This document shows positions 29,421 to 39,721 of a DNA stretch of 64,000 nucleotides, in pieces. The DNA is taken from IMG/VR virus record IMGVR_UViG_3300025018_000093; one strand, given 5' to 3'. Below the pieces are notes generated by a model. It was not told the origin of the DNA, searched no databases, and saw only the letters and a list, made by a program, of their open reading frames with translations. Source of the stretch: a virus. Its lineage: Duplodnaviria > Caudoviricetes. The translations under genes and the position numbers were made by a program. Every line of letters starts with the position of its first letter. The first letter of the stretch is position 1.

Positions 29421-29701
29421 ACGGTGACTAGATCAAGTTGGTTCATCGAACTTTGGAGAACATGGTGGTAGCTGAATCCTGTTCGGATGGTTACGTGAAC
29501 CAGGTCATTTCCGTAGGCTTTGCGGTCGGCACCCTTCCCTCGCAGCTCGCCCTTCTTTCGAACGATCAGCTCTGTGATGGTGTTCTCGTCGGCATCCGCG
29601 ACCACGGCTGCGGTCTTTGTGTTGGTTGCATTTGTATGTCCTCGTGTGTCCATTTCCTGCTCCGTGTTGCGGGAAGTCAAGCTTCTCTTGATTATACCCA
29701 T
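29390..29701 (-). CDS. Small hypothetical protein
   Basis: Protein-like composition; possible SD GGAG before an internal ATG. Confidence 0.35.
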   Translation of the reverse strand: MGIIKRSLTSRNTEQEMDTRGHTNATNTKTAAVVADADENTITELIVRKKGELRGKGADRKAYGNDLVHVTIRTGFSYHHVLQSSMNQLDLVTVHQNLPIATE

Positions 29702-29827
29702 TCCCGAGGCGAAGTGTCCTTCAAAAAGGAAGGCGGTAGACCCTCAATAGATCTGGAATGGTAGTACTGGCTTGTGGCTTGTACCTAAGTCTCCCCACGG
29801 GGAGTGTGATTCACCGGGAGGAACAAT

Positions 29828-30469
29828 ATGCTTACGCCATACCAGAGCAACCGCATTGCTCGTCGCATGGTCTTTCAGAGTCTTCGGTCTTTGCAGGCGG
29901 CGGGTCCAATCCCAGAGGGTACGACCTTCGAGAATGACCACATTCGTGTACATCGGTACCGGCACGCCATTCGCGTTTGGGACCTGACCAACGCAGGTCG
30001 ACGAGGGAAAGTGGTCTCCATCTTTGTGATCCATGATCTGGATTATCTGCCCGATGAACAGGTACCCCTGGTAGACGCTTTCTCTGCGAAGCTGCGGCGG
30101 TCGGACTATGCCAAAGCAGACCAAGAGGCGAAGAAATTCATGTCTCTTCTAGGGGAGCGGTCCCCTGCCAAGATGCAGCACACCCAGGAGAAAGGCATCG
30201 CGGTTGATCCTCCAAATCAACCTCCATTGGAAGTGAAGGGACCGAGTATTTCCGTGCGAATTGAGCGTCAGAGCTTCTGGGTACGAGACTTGACGGACCC
30301 GGCAAACGAGCCCACTCTGATCCCCGGAAAGAGAAAGGCGACCACCAAGTTACTGTACGCGTGGGCCTTGCAAAACGAGGCCGCGATCAAACGGATGACC
30401 TTTCGGCAGATAAAAGACCTGATGGTATCCCTTGGAGTGGACTATCACTTCTACCTAGCGATGGACTGA
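29828..30469 (+). CDS. Hypothetical protein
   Basis: SD GGAGG before ATG; N-terminal RIARRM motif. Confidence 0.7.
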   Translation: MLTPYQSNRIARRMVFQSLRSLQAAGPIPEGTTFENDHIRVHRYRHAIRVWDLTNAGRRGKVVSIFVIHDLDYLPDEQVPLVDAFSAKLRRSDYAKADQEAKKFMSLLGERSPAKMQHTQEKGIAVDPPNQPPLEVKGPSISVRIERQSFWVRDLTDPANEPTLIPGKRKATTKLLYAWALQNEAAIKRMTFRQIKDLMVSLGVDYHFYLAMD

Positions 30470-30521
30470 TCAGCCGACAAGACTGGGCATCGTCGAGAAG
30501 CAAGACAATTGGGGAGTGGTA

Positions 30522-31520
30522 ATGAGTAAGCAGCAGGACCGAAAGCAAGCTCTTGTACGACTGGCATGTACACACCGGATGGCTCAGCAGCTGCTCGAAA
30601 AATGGAAGACGCTACCCAAAGGATGGACTGAGGAGAGCTTCAAGAAGTTCTGGGATACCATCAGCGAGAAGTCGAAGCATCCCGTCACAGTCTGCATAGA
30701 GAAGATGAAAGACACGATGGATGACCCCGGGGCGTTCTGCGCTTCTGCACAGGACCGTGCAAAGGGAAATACCTCCTGGAGGGGTCAGAAGAAGGCTTTC
30801 CTGGAGTGGAGGCGACAAGCCAAGGTGGACCCCGAGAAGCAGTGCAAACTCCTGATGCGGAACTTCCGCACAATGCTCAATGCAGCCCTCAAGAAGGGCG
30901 GCAATGGTGGGATGGAGGAGTTGGGTGCTATCGGGGATGGCTTGAATTGGATCAAGAGCATCAAGAGTGAGGACAAAGCCGAGGAATACCTTGCTCGGGC
31001 TACAGAGTCGTTCAAGGGGATTCGCAGCAGCGGCGCCTTTCTCAAGGCTGTTCGAGAACTAGTCACGGCTGCGAGAAAGATCCCTCCCAAGAGATACCCT
31101 TCGATGGGTCAGACAGCAATCAACAACGCTCTCTATGACCTTTCGGATGCGTTTGTGTCAATGGTCATGGCCAAGAACAGAGCGCAGCGTGCTCTGTCGG
31201 AGCCTGACCACTATGACAGCAACCTAAAGTCGTCCTACCACAACGCCCAGCAGCGCTTGAATGGATTTGTCTCTCGGCATCTGCTGCAGAGTGCTGTCGA
31301 AAGCCCCAAACCAAAGTCGAAGACTCCTGTGAAGTCTGAGCCCAAGTCTGCACCAGCTCCAGCTCCCAAACCTTCCTCGAAACCCGAGACTGCACCCTCC
31401 CCAGAACCTGAAATGGACAGCTTTGGATTGTCGGGACGATACAAAGACAGAGCGGAGCAAGGAAATCCCAAGGCCAATAACCCAGGGAAGAAGAAGAAGT
31501 CGCACTATTGGGGAGCATGA
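30522..31520 (+). CDS. Hypothetical basic protein
   Basis: About 330 aa; ALVRLA near N-terminus; Pro/Lys-rich C-terminus. Confidence 0.7.
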   Translation: MSKQQDRKQALVRLACTHRMAQQLLEKWKTLPKGWTEESFKKFWDTISEKSKHPVTVCIEKMKDTMDDPGAFCASAQDRAKGNTSWRGQKKAFLEWRRQAKVDPEKQCKLLMRNFRTMLNAALKKGGNGGMEELGAIGDGLNWIKSIKSEDKAEEYLARATESFKGIRSSGAFLKAVRELVTAARKIPPKRYPSMGQTAINNALYDLSDAFVSMVMAKNRAQRALSEPDHYDSNLKSSYHNAQQRLNGFVSRHLLQSAVESPKPKSKTPVKSEPKSAPAPAPKPSSKPETAPSPEPEMDSFGLSGRYKDRAEQGNPKANNPGKKKKSHYWGA

Positions 31521-31523
31521 ACG

Positions 31524-32639
31524 ATGCAGCTATGCGAAGTGATGCAGGATGTTCTGGCCCAGAGAGTGGCGTCGCGTCATTGTCTGGCAGTGCAGAAAAT
31601 GGATTTCTTCCACGGGACTGGCTTACACAACCTCAAGAGTATTGTGAAGCAAGGGCTGGTAGCCAACTCCGGGGCTGTCTGGAGCGGTGGTTATTCCACG
31701 GCCCTCACAAAGGACCAAAAGGCTGTGTACCTAACCTCGGACTTCGAGGTGGCAGCGCGGTATGGACAGGGATCCAACCGAAGCTACATCCCTGTGGTGC
31801 TTGAAGTTCGGATCACAGCACCCCGCCGATTCCGCAAGCTCAAGTATGATCCCCTAGACCGCCACACGGACTCTTGGAAAGTAGAAGAGTCCTACGATGA
31901 CACTGCGGAAACAGCCTACATGGAAATCATGGAAGGCATGCGAGAGATCGCAAAGGAACTGACAGGGGAGCGCTTCTACCAGACAGTAAACTTCCCCGAG
32001 GACCTCGAAGAGCTGGATGGGAGCAACGTGTTCAAGTACGTTGTTGGGTATCTGGTCAAGGTATTGGGTCTGAGCAGGGCTCAAAGAAAGCTTGCCATGC
32101 AGAAGGCACAAGCTAGGTTCAGGGGTAGGCGATGGGAGTACCTGGAAGTTCGTAGAGACGGGACCTTGAAGTTGACCGAGGAATACTTCTACACTCGGGA
32201 GCAACTCATGTACATGAGAGGTCTGCCACCCTCTACAATCAAAGGTGTGTGGGTGCGACTTCAAGACTTCAACATTCCAGAATCACAAATCAAAGAGACT
32301 CGGGAGGGAGGGCACAAGGAACTTCCTGGGGAGTCCGCAGGTAGATTCGAGAACTTGCAAGACTTGTTTGGCATACTCCGTTGGACCACTCCGGATGAGT
32401 TGGGGGATGACCTAGAAGACTTCGCCCAGCAGGCTCAGAGATTGGATTACCCTGAGTTGGCCGAATATCTTGAAAACGTCGCTAAGATGGACCCCGAGGA
32501 ACGCTCCGAGGTAGAGGATTGGGACACAGAGTTAGAGGGGTTCGAGGAGGGGTTGCATGACGATTGGATGCAGGATCGTGTCCAGGGGTCTGGGTTGTGG
32601 GCGAAAGTAACATTACAGGTCGCGGCAAAGCTGTCCTAG
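31524..32639 (+). CDS. ADP-ribosyltransferase-like protein (H-Y class)
   Basis: FFHGT..NLKSIVKQGL, AVYLTSDFEVAARYG, VVLEV. Confidence 0.65.
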   Translation: MQLCEVMQDVLAQRVASRHCLAVQKMDFFHGTGLHNLKSIVKQGLVANSGAVWSGGYSTALTKDQKAVYLTSDFEVAARYGQGSNRSYIPVVLEVRITAPRRFRKLKYDPLDRHTDSWKVEESYDDTAETAYMEIMEGMREIAKELTGERFYQTVNFPEDLEELDGSNVFKYVVGYLVKVLGLSRAQRKLAMQKAQARFRGRRWEYLEVRRDGTLKLTEEYFYTREQLMYMRGLPPSTIKGVWVRLQDFNIPESQIKETREGGHKELPGESAGRFENLQDLFGILRWTTPDELGDDLEDFAQQAQRLDYPELAEYLENVAKMDPEERSEVEDWDTELEGFEEGLHDDWMQDRVQGSGLWAKVTLQVAAKLS

Positions 32640-32660
32640 TGCTACATCGGAGAATGCAGA

Positions 32661-33416
32661 ATGAGCTATCTAACACCCAATTCTGAGCTGAAAGGGATAC
32701 GGGACTCTCTGAAGGCTACGGTCCGGGTTGCCACAACAGGAAATATCAACCTGGGCAGCACCTTGACGACTATCGACATGGTGTCCTTGGTGGACAAAGA
32801 CCGAGTCCTGATCAAGGACCAGAGCACTCCCTCCCAGAACGGTATCTATGTGTGGTCTAGCATCACGAGCATGCTTTCACGTGCCCGTGATGCTCTGGAA
32901 CTCTTTGACGGTCTGCTGGTGACAGTGACTGAGGGACTTGTCCATGCCGATACTGCCTGGAACCTCATCACGAACAACCCCATCACTGTAGGTGTAACAG
33001 GGTTGGAGTTTGTGAAGCAGGGTGGAGGGACGATTGTCCCACTAGTGGTGGCGAACAACGAGTCCGTGGATGGTGTGGTGTCCACATTGGCGCTGGGTGC
33101 CTTTGCTTTCAACCCTGCAGAGTACGGGGGCAGCTCTACTTTCGAGTTTGAGGTAGTGCTAAGCGCCAGCACGGGTACGTTAACTGCGACGGCTTTGTTG
33201 TACAACCTAACCGATGCGGAGGACGTGACCGGGGCAACACTCACCACATCGAGCACGACACCTGTGAAGCAAAACTCTGGGTCGCTCACAGTAGGAACTG
33301 CTGCCGGGAACCTGAAGAGCACAGAGAAGATTTATGAGGTGCAGATCATGAACAGTGGGACTTTGAACACGGACCAGACCTATCTTGGCATTGCCGTGCT
33401 GAGGGTCCTCGGGTAA
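32661..33416 (+). CDS. Tail-fibre/virion-associated protein
   Basis: KATVRVATTGNINL...DRVLIKDQSTPSQNGIYV is a common phage fibre N-terminal module; beta-rich C-terminus. Confidence 0.65.
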   Translation: MSYLTPNSELKGIRDSLKATVRVATTGNINLGSTLTTIDMVSLVDKDRVLIKDQSTPSQNGIYVWSSITSMLSRARDALELFDGLLVTVTEGLVHADTAWNLITNNPITVGVTGLEFVKQGGGTIVPLVVANNESVDGVVSTLALGAFAFNPAEYGGSSTFEFEVVLSASTGTLTATALLYNLTDAEDVTGATLTTSSTTPVKQNSGSLTVGTAAGNLKSTEKIYEVQIMNSGTLNTDQTYLGIAVLRVLG

Positions 33417-33421
33417 CTTGA

Positions 33422-33832
33422 CTACCCCTTCTGCGCTGACTTCTGTGCCTCTTGCGCTTCGCGCAGTGCTTTCAAGATGTCGCCTTTGGCGCTTTTTGCG
33501 TTCACATCTAGCCCAAGCTTCATCGCGACTTCCAAGAGGTCCCTCTTTAGCATCTTGGGCTCCCACTGCAGAAGTGCTACTTCGGGAGCCACAGGAGCCA
33601 CAGGAGCCACTGGAGTCACTGGAGCCACTGGAGTCACTGGAGTCACTGGAGCCACTGGAGCCACTGGAGCCACTGGAGCCACTGGAGCCACTGGTACGGC
33701 TTTGGTTGCGGGCGCTGCACGGAACAGGTTGGTCTTGAAGCACTGGCCACACTGGATTCGGAAAAACCCCGTTGCAGGGACCTCTATCTTCTCGCCACAA
33801 TGAACACAACGGACAGTTCGCAACAAGCTCAT
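33422..33832 (-). CDS. Zn-ribbon + VAP/VTP repeat + Rho-N/HeH-like protein
   Basis: CVHC...CGQC; 9-bp repeat GGAGCCACT about 12 times (about 33584-33693); [28 protein letters not shown]. Confidence 0.7.
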   Translation of the reverse strand: MSLLRTVRCVHCGEKIEVPATGFFRIQCGQCFKTNLFRAAPATKAVPVAPVAPVAPVAPVAPVTPVTPVAPVTPVAPVAPVAPEVALLQWEPKMLKRDLLEVAMKLGLDVNAKSAKGDILKALREAQEAQKSAQKG

Positions 33833-34018
33833 CTTGTTCTCCTCTGGTCAGTGCAGCCTGGTCTTGCCCCAAGTATCGAAAACCAGTGCTGAGGATGTGG
33901 CGGGTGGCGCCTGTGTAGTGGGTAGGAAAGCGGCAGGAATGGTAAGACGAAAGACGTTGTGGTGAGGCGTCATGGTAGGATTCTATTGGCGGGCAGGTAC
34001 CACCCTATCGGATGCCAC

Positions 34019-34459
34019 ATGGGCAAGCAAAAGCACAAAGGAAAGAAGCTAGTTCGGAGCCTACGTCGCAAGCCCCAAGGAGGATATCCTCAGGAGCAAG
34101 TCGAGAGGTTCGTCCTTGACGGTCACTATACCTTCTGGTTGGCGCACGGTGCCAACTATTTGGCATCCTCTTTGGAAAGTGGTTTGTGGAGACCCATCTT
34201 CAACATCTACTCGGGTGCTTGGAAAGAAACGCCCGAGAGAATATCCCTTGAGGTGTTCACGCTCTATCAGACCTCTGAGGGACTGGTCCACCCTGGCCCC
34301 GCTATTCTGGGGTGGTGTGGCCTGAAGCCTTCCAAAGTGTTTGGCTTCTACCAAGAGTTGCATGATAGTGCGACTACCGAACAATGTGCGCACCTACGAG
34401 ACCCCCATGTGGAGTACGTGTGGCGCGCCTTCCAACCGCTGTATCACGTTCATTTGTAG
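34019..34459 (+). CDS. Hypothetical protein
   Basis: Likely ATG 34019 (MGKQKHKG). Confidence 0.55.
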   Translation: MGKQKHKGKKLVRSLRRKPQGGYPQEQVERFVLDGHYTFWLAHGANYLASSLESGLWRPIFNIYSGAWKETPERISLEVFTLYQTSEGLVHPGPAILGWCGLKPSKVFGFYQELHDSATTEQCAHLRDPHVEYVWRAFQPLYHVHL

Positions 34460-34469
34460 AGGAACCAGC

Positions 34470-35477
34470 ATGAGCAATCTACAGGACTTTGGATTTGACC
34501 CACACAAAGCATCTGCCTTCAACGAGAAAAACGCAGCGTCCATTGGTTGGCTGGGGAGCATCCCACAGAAAGCTCTGGAGGCGGAACCACAGTTGAAGCT
34601 CGACTATCGCACCTTGGACTTCGCAGAGGGTGTCCATGACATCCAGAGGGTGTTATTTCCCGGGGATGAGGTTTCCTGGGATGGGAAGCTCGGCAAGGGT
34701 ACCTGGAAGGCTATACTGTCCAAGTACGACAGGGTGGAAGGCAACTACATCATCTTCCAGGGACGCCGCATCCAACTTCCCAAGAGAGACAGTTACATCG
34801 TGGTGTCCTTTGACCAGCCTGGTGGTCTTGACTTGCATCGTGAAGGGGACTTCCAGAGGGGGCGAGAGGCGGGGCGTCCGCTCAATGCTCTGATGTGGCA
34901 TTGGGGCGCGCATAGTGCAAAAAGCTTGTACAATGCGTTTGAGAACGCAGTCTTTGATGGCAAGGGGAAGATCATCGAGGACCCCCGTGAGGTGTCCTCA
35001 CACGGTGGCATCGAGCTGGGTGCCGATGGCGTGGTCCGTTTCTACCAGTTTCTCGACTTCTGGCATCGTGCCTGGCACGCCGGGGTAGGAAACCCACAGA
35101 CCATCGGGTTGGATATCTGTCAGCAGCCCACAGAGCGCGAGTATGCGAAGCTCAAGGGAAAGGGGTGGGACGTTCAACTCATTGACAACCCCTCCAATCC
35201 ACGTCGAGGTGACCGTAAGATTGTCACCCTGGAACCGAGGATAGCAACGGCTGCGCGGCACCTGACGGAAGACCTCTGCGCTGTCCTAAGCATTCCCTTC
35301 CAGATTCCTAAGGGGACGGACGGCTTGCTAAAGACAGGTGACGCTTTCTATGGAGTCATCCCAGAGAAGGTCTGGAAGTCTGGGAAACCCACTGGAGTCT
35401 TTGGCCATCACCACTGCTCTTCGGGGAAGTGGGATATTGCTCCTTGGTGGCACCAGCTATTCGGGGACTTGCACTAG
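34470..35477 (+). CDS. N-acetylmuramoyl-L-alanine amidase (Amidase_2-like), probable endolysin
   Basis: MWHW, SSHGGI, AWHAG..N..TIGLDIC, VFGHH..SSGKWD; N-terminal PG-binding-like DGKLGKGT. Confidence 0.8.
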   Translation: MSNLQDFGFDPHKASAFNEKNAASIGWLGSIPQKALEAEPQLKLDYRTLDFAEGVHDIQRVLFPGDEVSWDGKLGKGTWKAILSKYDRVEGNYIIFQGRRIQLPKRDSYIVVSFDQPGGLDLHREGDFQRGREAGRPLNALMWHWGAHSAKSLYNAFENAVFDGKGKIIEDPREVSSHGGIELGADGVVRFYQFLDFWHRAWHAGVGNPQTIGLDICQQPTEREYAKLKGKGWDVQLIDNPSNPRRGDRKIVTLEPRIATAARHLTEDLCAVLSIPFQIPKGTDGLLKTGDAFYGVIPEKVWKSGKPTGVFGHHHCSSGKWDIAPWWHQLFGDLH

Positions 35478-37537
35478 ATTGTCCGGCTACCTCTATAACG
35501 ACACAGTTCTGTGGTGTCGTTATAATCTCCCCTTCGTACAACTCCCCGCTAAACATTTCAACAACGTGTGCGCCCGAGTCTCCGCCCGCCACAAGCGCTT
35601 TGAGACCCGCAGAGTGCAGTCCTCCCAGTCGAGACAAGCGGTCAACATCGACGATTACTTGTGCACCTGCGACGGATGCGGACTGAGTGAGCGCTCCGTG
35701 TCGGCGCGCATCCGTGAGCCCAGCGAACCACCGAGCTGTCTTCTCTCTCGTTGACCATTGCTGGTATTTCCCAATCCTGGGCCACGAGTCACCGACTTTC
35801 GGAAGGTCCCTTCCAGTTGCACTCCATAGAACAGTGCGGGGTAGGATGGAAGATTGACGTGCTCCGAGAGCCATGCGCGAAGCGCACGGTCCTTCGTCCA
35901 GCGCTTTCCCACCTCGATTAGGTGGACCACTTTGACGTTTCCCATCCAGAACGCCAGGTCAATCATGAATCTTCGTAGGGACTCACGTAAGGGAGGATCC
36001 GCCGCACTGAACGGGTCCTGCACGGACTGGGCTAGTCGCATCACTTGCTTTCCGTAGAGACCAGAGATAGAAAGAGCCCTCTGCATGCGGTATTTGGCAT
36101 TGCTGCTTAGGGCACCTGGGTTGGCGAGGAAGGCCACGAAGGATTCCGCGAAGTCTTCCTTCTCGTTGGTCTTGGCATACTCTGAGGGAACCCCAAGAGC
36201 AGCAGTGGTTTCTCTGGGGAGGCTGGGTGTGCGTCATCTTCCCCCCAGGCGATTTTTTGCAGCAGAGCTAGATTCTGGGGGGTGCTGAGATTTTTCCGGA
36301 TTGTCGCCTCGGACTTGAAGCGTTTCCACTTCTGAACCTGCTGCAGAATGGAGTTGAATCCTTGGAGGTCTTTGCGGATCTGTTCCCAGGAGATTTCTGT
36401 TCCAAGACGAAGGCGCGCCAGGCGCAAGGCAGACTTTGCGAATCTCTGCGGGACTAGCCAGTCCTCATCCCGTGCATCCAAGTCTAGCATCTGTCGCCCC
36501 GATTGCTTTGCATGGGGGTGCTCCCAACGCACGTTCACCACGTCAGTGGAGCCCAAGACAACCACCTCTTGCAAGGGGGTGTGTGCGATACGAGTTCCTG
36601 GGACGAGAAGCAGCCTTTCTATTGGAATGACCGCTCCCAAGGTTACGCCACCTTGGAGAGCTTCTGCGAGAGACAGAGACCATGCGCTGGCTTCTCTGGT
36701 GAAGGTTGTGAGCCACCTAGATTGTATCGTCTGCTGGTAGATGCTGCGATAGACCTTCACCGTCTTTTTTCCGGTTTGCTCCAGGAGGGCTTGTAGGAAA
36801 GCATACTGGTGTTCGACAACTTCCTGCATGCGGTCGTTCAGACCCACTTCCCGCTGCTCTTCTGAATCACTCTCCAGGGGCCTCCCAGACACCCCCAGTT
36901 TCGATAGGAAGCCACACAGGTGGGTAGCTGGGGGTGAAGACGTGGACGCTTCCCAGGCCCCCCACAGAGCTTCGTGTGCCTCTTCCAGTTCATGCAGCTT
37001 CAGGTGCTGCTCGAAGAGCGCCGAGAGTTCAGGAGCCGTCAGCAGATCACGGGTACGAGGATATTGCCGGTCCAGGTTGGCGAACTCTTTTGTGTAGAGC
37101 GCTCTGCATTGTTCCTGGATGCGAAGAATACCGGGTGTCTCCAGGGACCACGGGGAGTCGATTCCGGTTAGATTCAGAATCTGATAGGGGCGGTCCCACC
37201 GGATGGTGACGATCCCATCGTACCGCAAGCGATGCAGAAATTGTGTGCTCTCGGGTCCTTTGCGTTGGAGGAGTCGCCAGAGCTTGTAAGCCCAGGATTT
37301 TGGACCCCTCCAGGAGCCCCAATCCAACACCAGGGGGCGCCTGAAACGCAACCACCCATCGTTTTCCTCCGCCTCCGTAGCCAACACCAGCCACTCCCCG
37401 GAGGGATCCTCAGGGGTTTCTGGCCAGAGTCGTGTTTCCCGGTAGCTGAACCGTATCGGCTGCTCGGTTTTCCACAGTCTTCCCGCATAGAGTACTTTGC
37501 GCAATGGCAACTTCAGGATGTTTACTGGCATGCTCAT
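35356..37537 (-). pseudogene. Polyvalent multi-ART protein split over three frames by two apparent 1-nt deletions
   Basis: Frame 1: KVYRS..SAWS..QEVVVLG. Frame 2 opens at 36233: SEYAKTNEKEDFAESF...PALFYG. Frame 3 from about 35810: QQWST..ARWFAG..EGEII. Confidence 0.6.
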
Positions 37538-37598
37538 TCCCCCACGTCACTACGGTAGAGCCGATAGAAAGTCTATCCGTTCTCCGTAGCGGAGTGAG

Positions 37599-38258
37599 GT
37601 GTCGAGGAGGGTTGGCATGGTGAACATGGCAAATCGGAAACAGCTTTTGGACAGTGCTCTCAAGCAGATCAAGAGTCCGTCCGCATGGGGAAAGATGACA
37701 GGGTTGGTCACAGTGCTCGTGCTGCTGCTCCAGGCATATCACGACATCCGCACGGACGTGCAGAGTGCGCGTGAGGGCGCCCAGGAAGCGAAGGAGGAAG
37801 TCGGGCAGACCGAGGAGAGTCTCCAACGAAAGGGGAAGCTTTCGGAGAAGGAAACGGAAGCAGCTGTCGTGGATTTGCAGGACAAGCTGCAATTTCTCTA
37901 CACTGAGAGCACACTACTCAAAGACCGCGTGGAAGACCTAGAGCTGGAAAACAGGAGACTGTTTGCCAGACTTAAACGTTACTATGATCTTCCTGGGAAG
38001 CCTGAGAGGAACTTGCGGAACTCTGCGAGGCTCTCGGGAGGCGCAGGTGCAGGGGGAGGCGCAGGTATGGGAATGAGTTCTGCGTCGGGAACTATCTCGG
38101 AGGACTCGGAGGACTCGGAGGACTCGGTTAGCCCCCCTCCCCCGGAGAACGAGGGTGGATTTCTCCCAGAGGCATTGCCCCAGATGTCCGCAGAGAAGTC
38201 CGAGTATGTGGACTCGAACGGAAATCTCAGGTTCGAGCCGTATCAGGGGACGTGGTAG
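37599..38258 (+). CDS. Membrane-anchored coiled-coil protein
   Basis: One TM (GLVTVLVLLLQAY), long heptad region, acidic tail with CTCGGAGGA x3. Confidence 0.65.
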   Translation: MSRRVGMVNMANRKQLLDSALKQIKSPSAWGKMTGLVTVLVLLLQAYHDIRTDVQSAREGAQEAKEEVGQTEESLQRKGKLSEKETEAAVVDLQDKLQFLYTESTLLKDRVEDLELENRRLFARLKRYYDLPGKPERNLRNSARLSGGAGAGGGAGMGMSSASGTISEDSEDSEDSVSPPPPENEGGFLPEALPQMSAEKSEYVDSNGNLRFEPYQGTW

Positions 38259-39129
38259 TGTCTTCCGCTACGGCGGAGAACAGTTCTTCGATAGTACCTC
38301 GCCAGGTGAAGCCACCGGCTTGCGGATGTCCCCCTCCACCGAGAGAGCGTGCAAGTTCTCCGCTGTTGGTGTTCTGGGAACGAAGGCTACAAGCGTAGAC
38401 CTTCTCCCTGGCGAGGTACGTCCAGACCAGGGATACGTCAACGTCGCTACCCTCCTGTCTTGCCAGCGCGTTCCCCAACTCGGAGTACCAGGGGACGTGC
38501 CCGTTATACATCCATGCTCGAATGCCCAGTGGGTGGATCTGCACCAGGACAGCCTGCCGGAGCCCTCTCTTGACCTGCAAGTCCACATAGTCACAAAGCA
38601 TCGTTCCTCTCAGCAGAGTGTGCTCAATGTCTGTGGTGATGGCCAGGTCGAATTCCGGCAGTTGTTCGACTTTCCAGGGGATGCCCTGGGTACCGTAATA
38701 GAAAGCGCGGGTGCGGTCTAGTTTCCATTGCCAGAGGTCATAGTCCTGAACGAAGAGCAAGGCGGGAGGTACTTCGACTCCAGGGTGAAACCACTCCCAG
38801 GAGAGCACCGCACCAGAGTGGTCCAAGTCGAGGACAAGATTCGGGTGGCCTTCCGGGAAGTCTTTCAAAATAGTTTTGTGGTGGTCCAAGACAATGAGGC
38901 TTGAAGCCTGTTCCACCAGTTGGTCCATGGGACTCGGTTTGAAGCTGAAGTCCACGACAGCAACGTGCTTTCCTGCCAGACCTTCTGGCAGCTTCCCTCC
39001 GTACTGTACAGGGCTGTACGCGACTTTGTCTCCAAGCCTTTTCCATGCTGCCCAAGCGGCAGCGAAGCCGTCCAGGTCACGGTGGTAGAGCACCAGGTTG
39101 ACTTGGTCAGGGGTGGGGATAGGTGTCAT
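38227..39129 (-). CDS. DHH/DHHA1-family phosphoesterase
   Basis: YHRDLDG, VVDFS, LDHHK, GGGHPQAGG. Confidence 0.9.
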   Translation of the reverse strand: MTPIPTPDQVNLVLYHRDLDGFAAAWAAWKRLGDKVAYSPVQYGGKLPEGLAGKHVAVVDFSFKPSPMDQLVEQASSLIVLDHHKTILKDFPEGHPNLVLDLDHSGAVLSWEWFHPGVEVPPALLFVQDYDLWQWKLDRTRAFYYGTQGIPWKVEQLPEFDLAITTDIEHTLLRGTMLCDYVDLQVKRGLRQAVLVQIHPLGIRAWMYNGHVPWYSELGNALARQEGSDVDVSLVWTYLAREKVYACSLRSQNTNSGELARSLGGGGHPQAGGFTWRGTIEELFSAVAEDTTTSPDTART

Positions 39130-39278
39130 GCAATTCTCCATTTGTCTCTCACTCTTCCCGGGACTCCACCGAGACATCCTGCGACATTGGGTGCGGTGCG
39201 ACTGGGATACCCGCTTTCTGCATAGCTTCCAGGATGTTTCGCCCTAGCAACATGATCGCTCTTCCCCAGAAGGGTGTT

Positions 39279-39671
39279 TCACAAGCTGACGTAACGACTC
39301 TGCTTTCTACGGTTGTCCGCTTCGGCCTGCGTTTCGCAGTACTCTGTTTCACCGTAACTGCTAATTTGTGTTTTTCGAGGTGCCAGCTTGAAGTCTTCGA
39401 AGAATACCTCAGTGTAGGCCCAGTCGATAATCTGCTGCAGAGTGTAACCGAAATCCAACGCATCACGGGTCGCCTGAGCTAGTAACCGTCGTTTCTTGTC
39501 CTGAGCTTCTCTTTTTTCAGACTCTTCCAGCTCTAGGAAGATGGCTTCCTGCTGCTTCCTCTCTTTGTCTGCAATGCGTTGGAGCTGCTTTCGTTCCTCG
39601 AATGCGCGGTCCCACCTTCCCAGAAGGTACCCCGTTACGAGTGCAATGCCGCCGATGAGTATTTTCCACAT
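39279..39671 (-). CDS. Hypothetical protein with N-terminal membrane anchor
   Basis: MWKILIGGIALVTGYLLG followed by charged coiled coil; SD GAGAG. Confidence 0.6.
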   Translation of the reverse strand: MWKILIGGIALVTGYLLGRWDRAFEERKQLQRIADKERKQQEAIFLELEESEKREAQDKKRRLLAQATRDALDFGYTLQQIIDWAYTEVFFEDFKLAPRKTQISSYGETEYCETQAEADNRRKQSRYVSL

Positions 39672-39721
39672 GGTGCTCTCTCTGCGGACGACACCAGAGA
39701 CCCTGGTGTCGTTTGTCTCGG

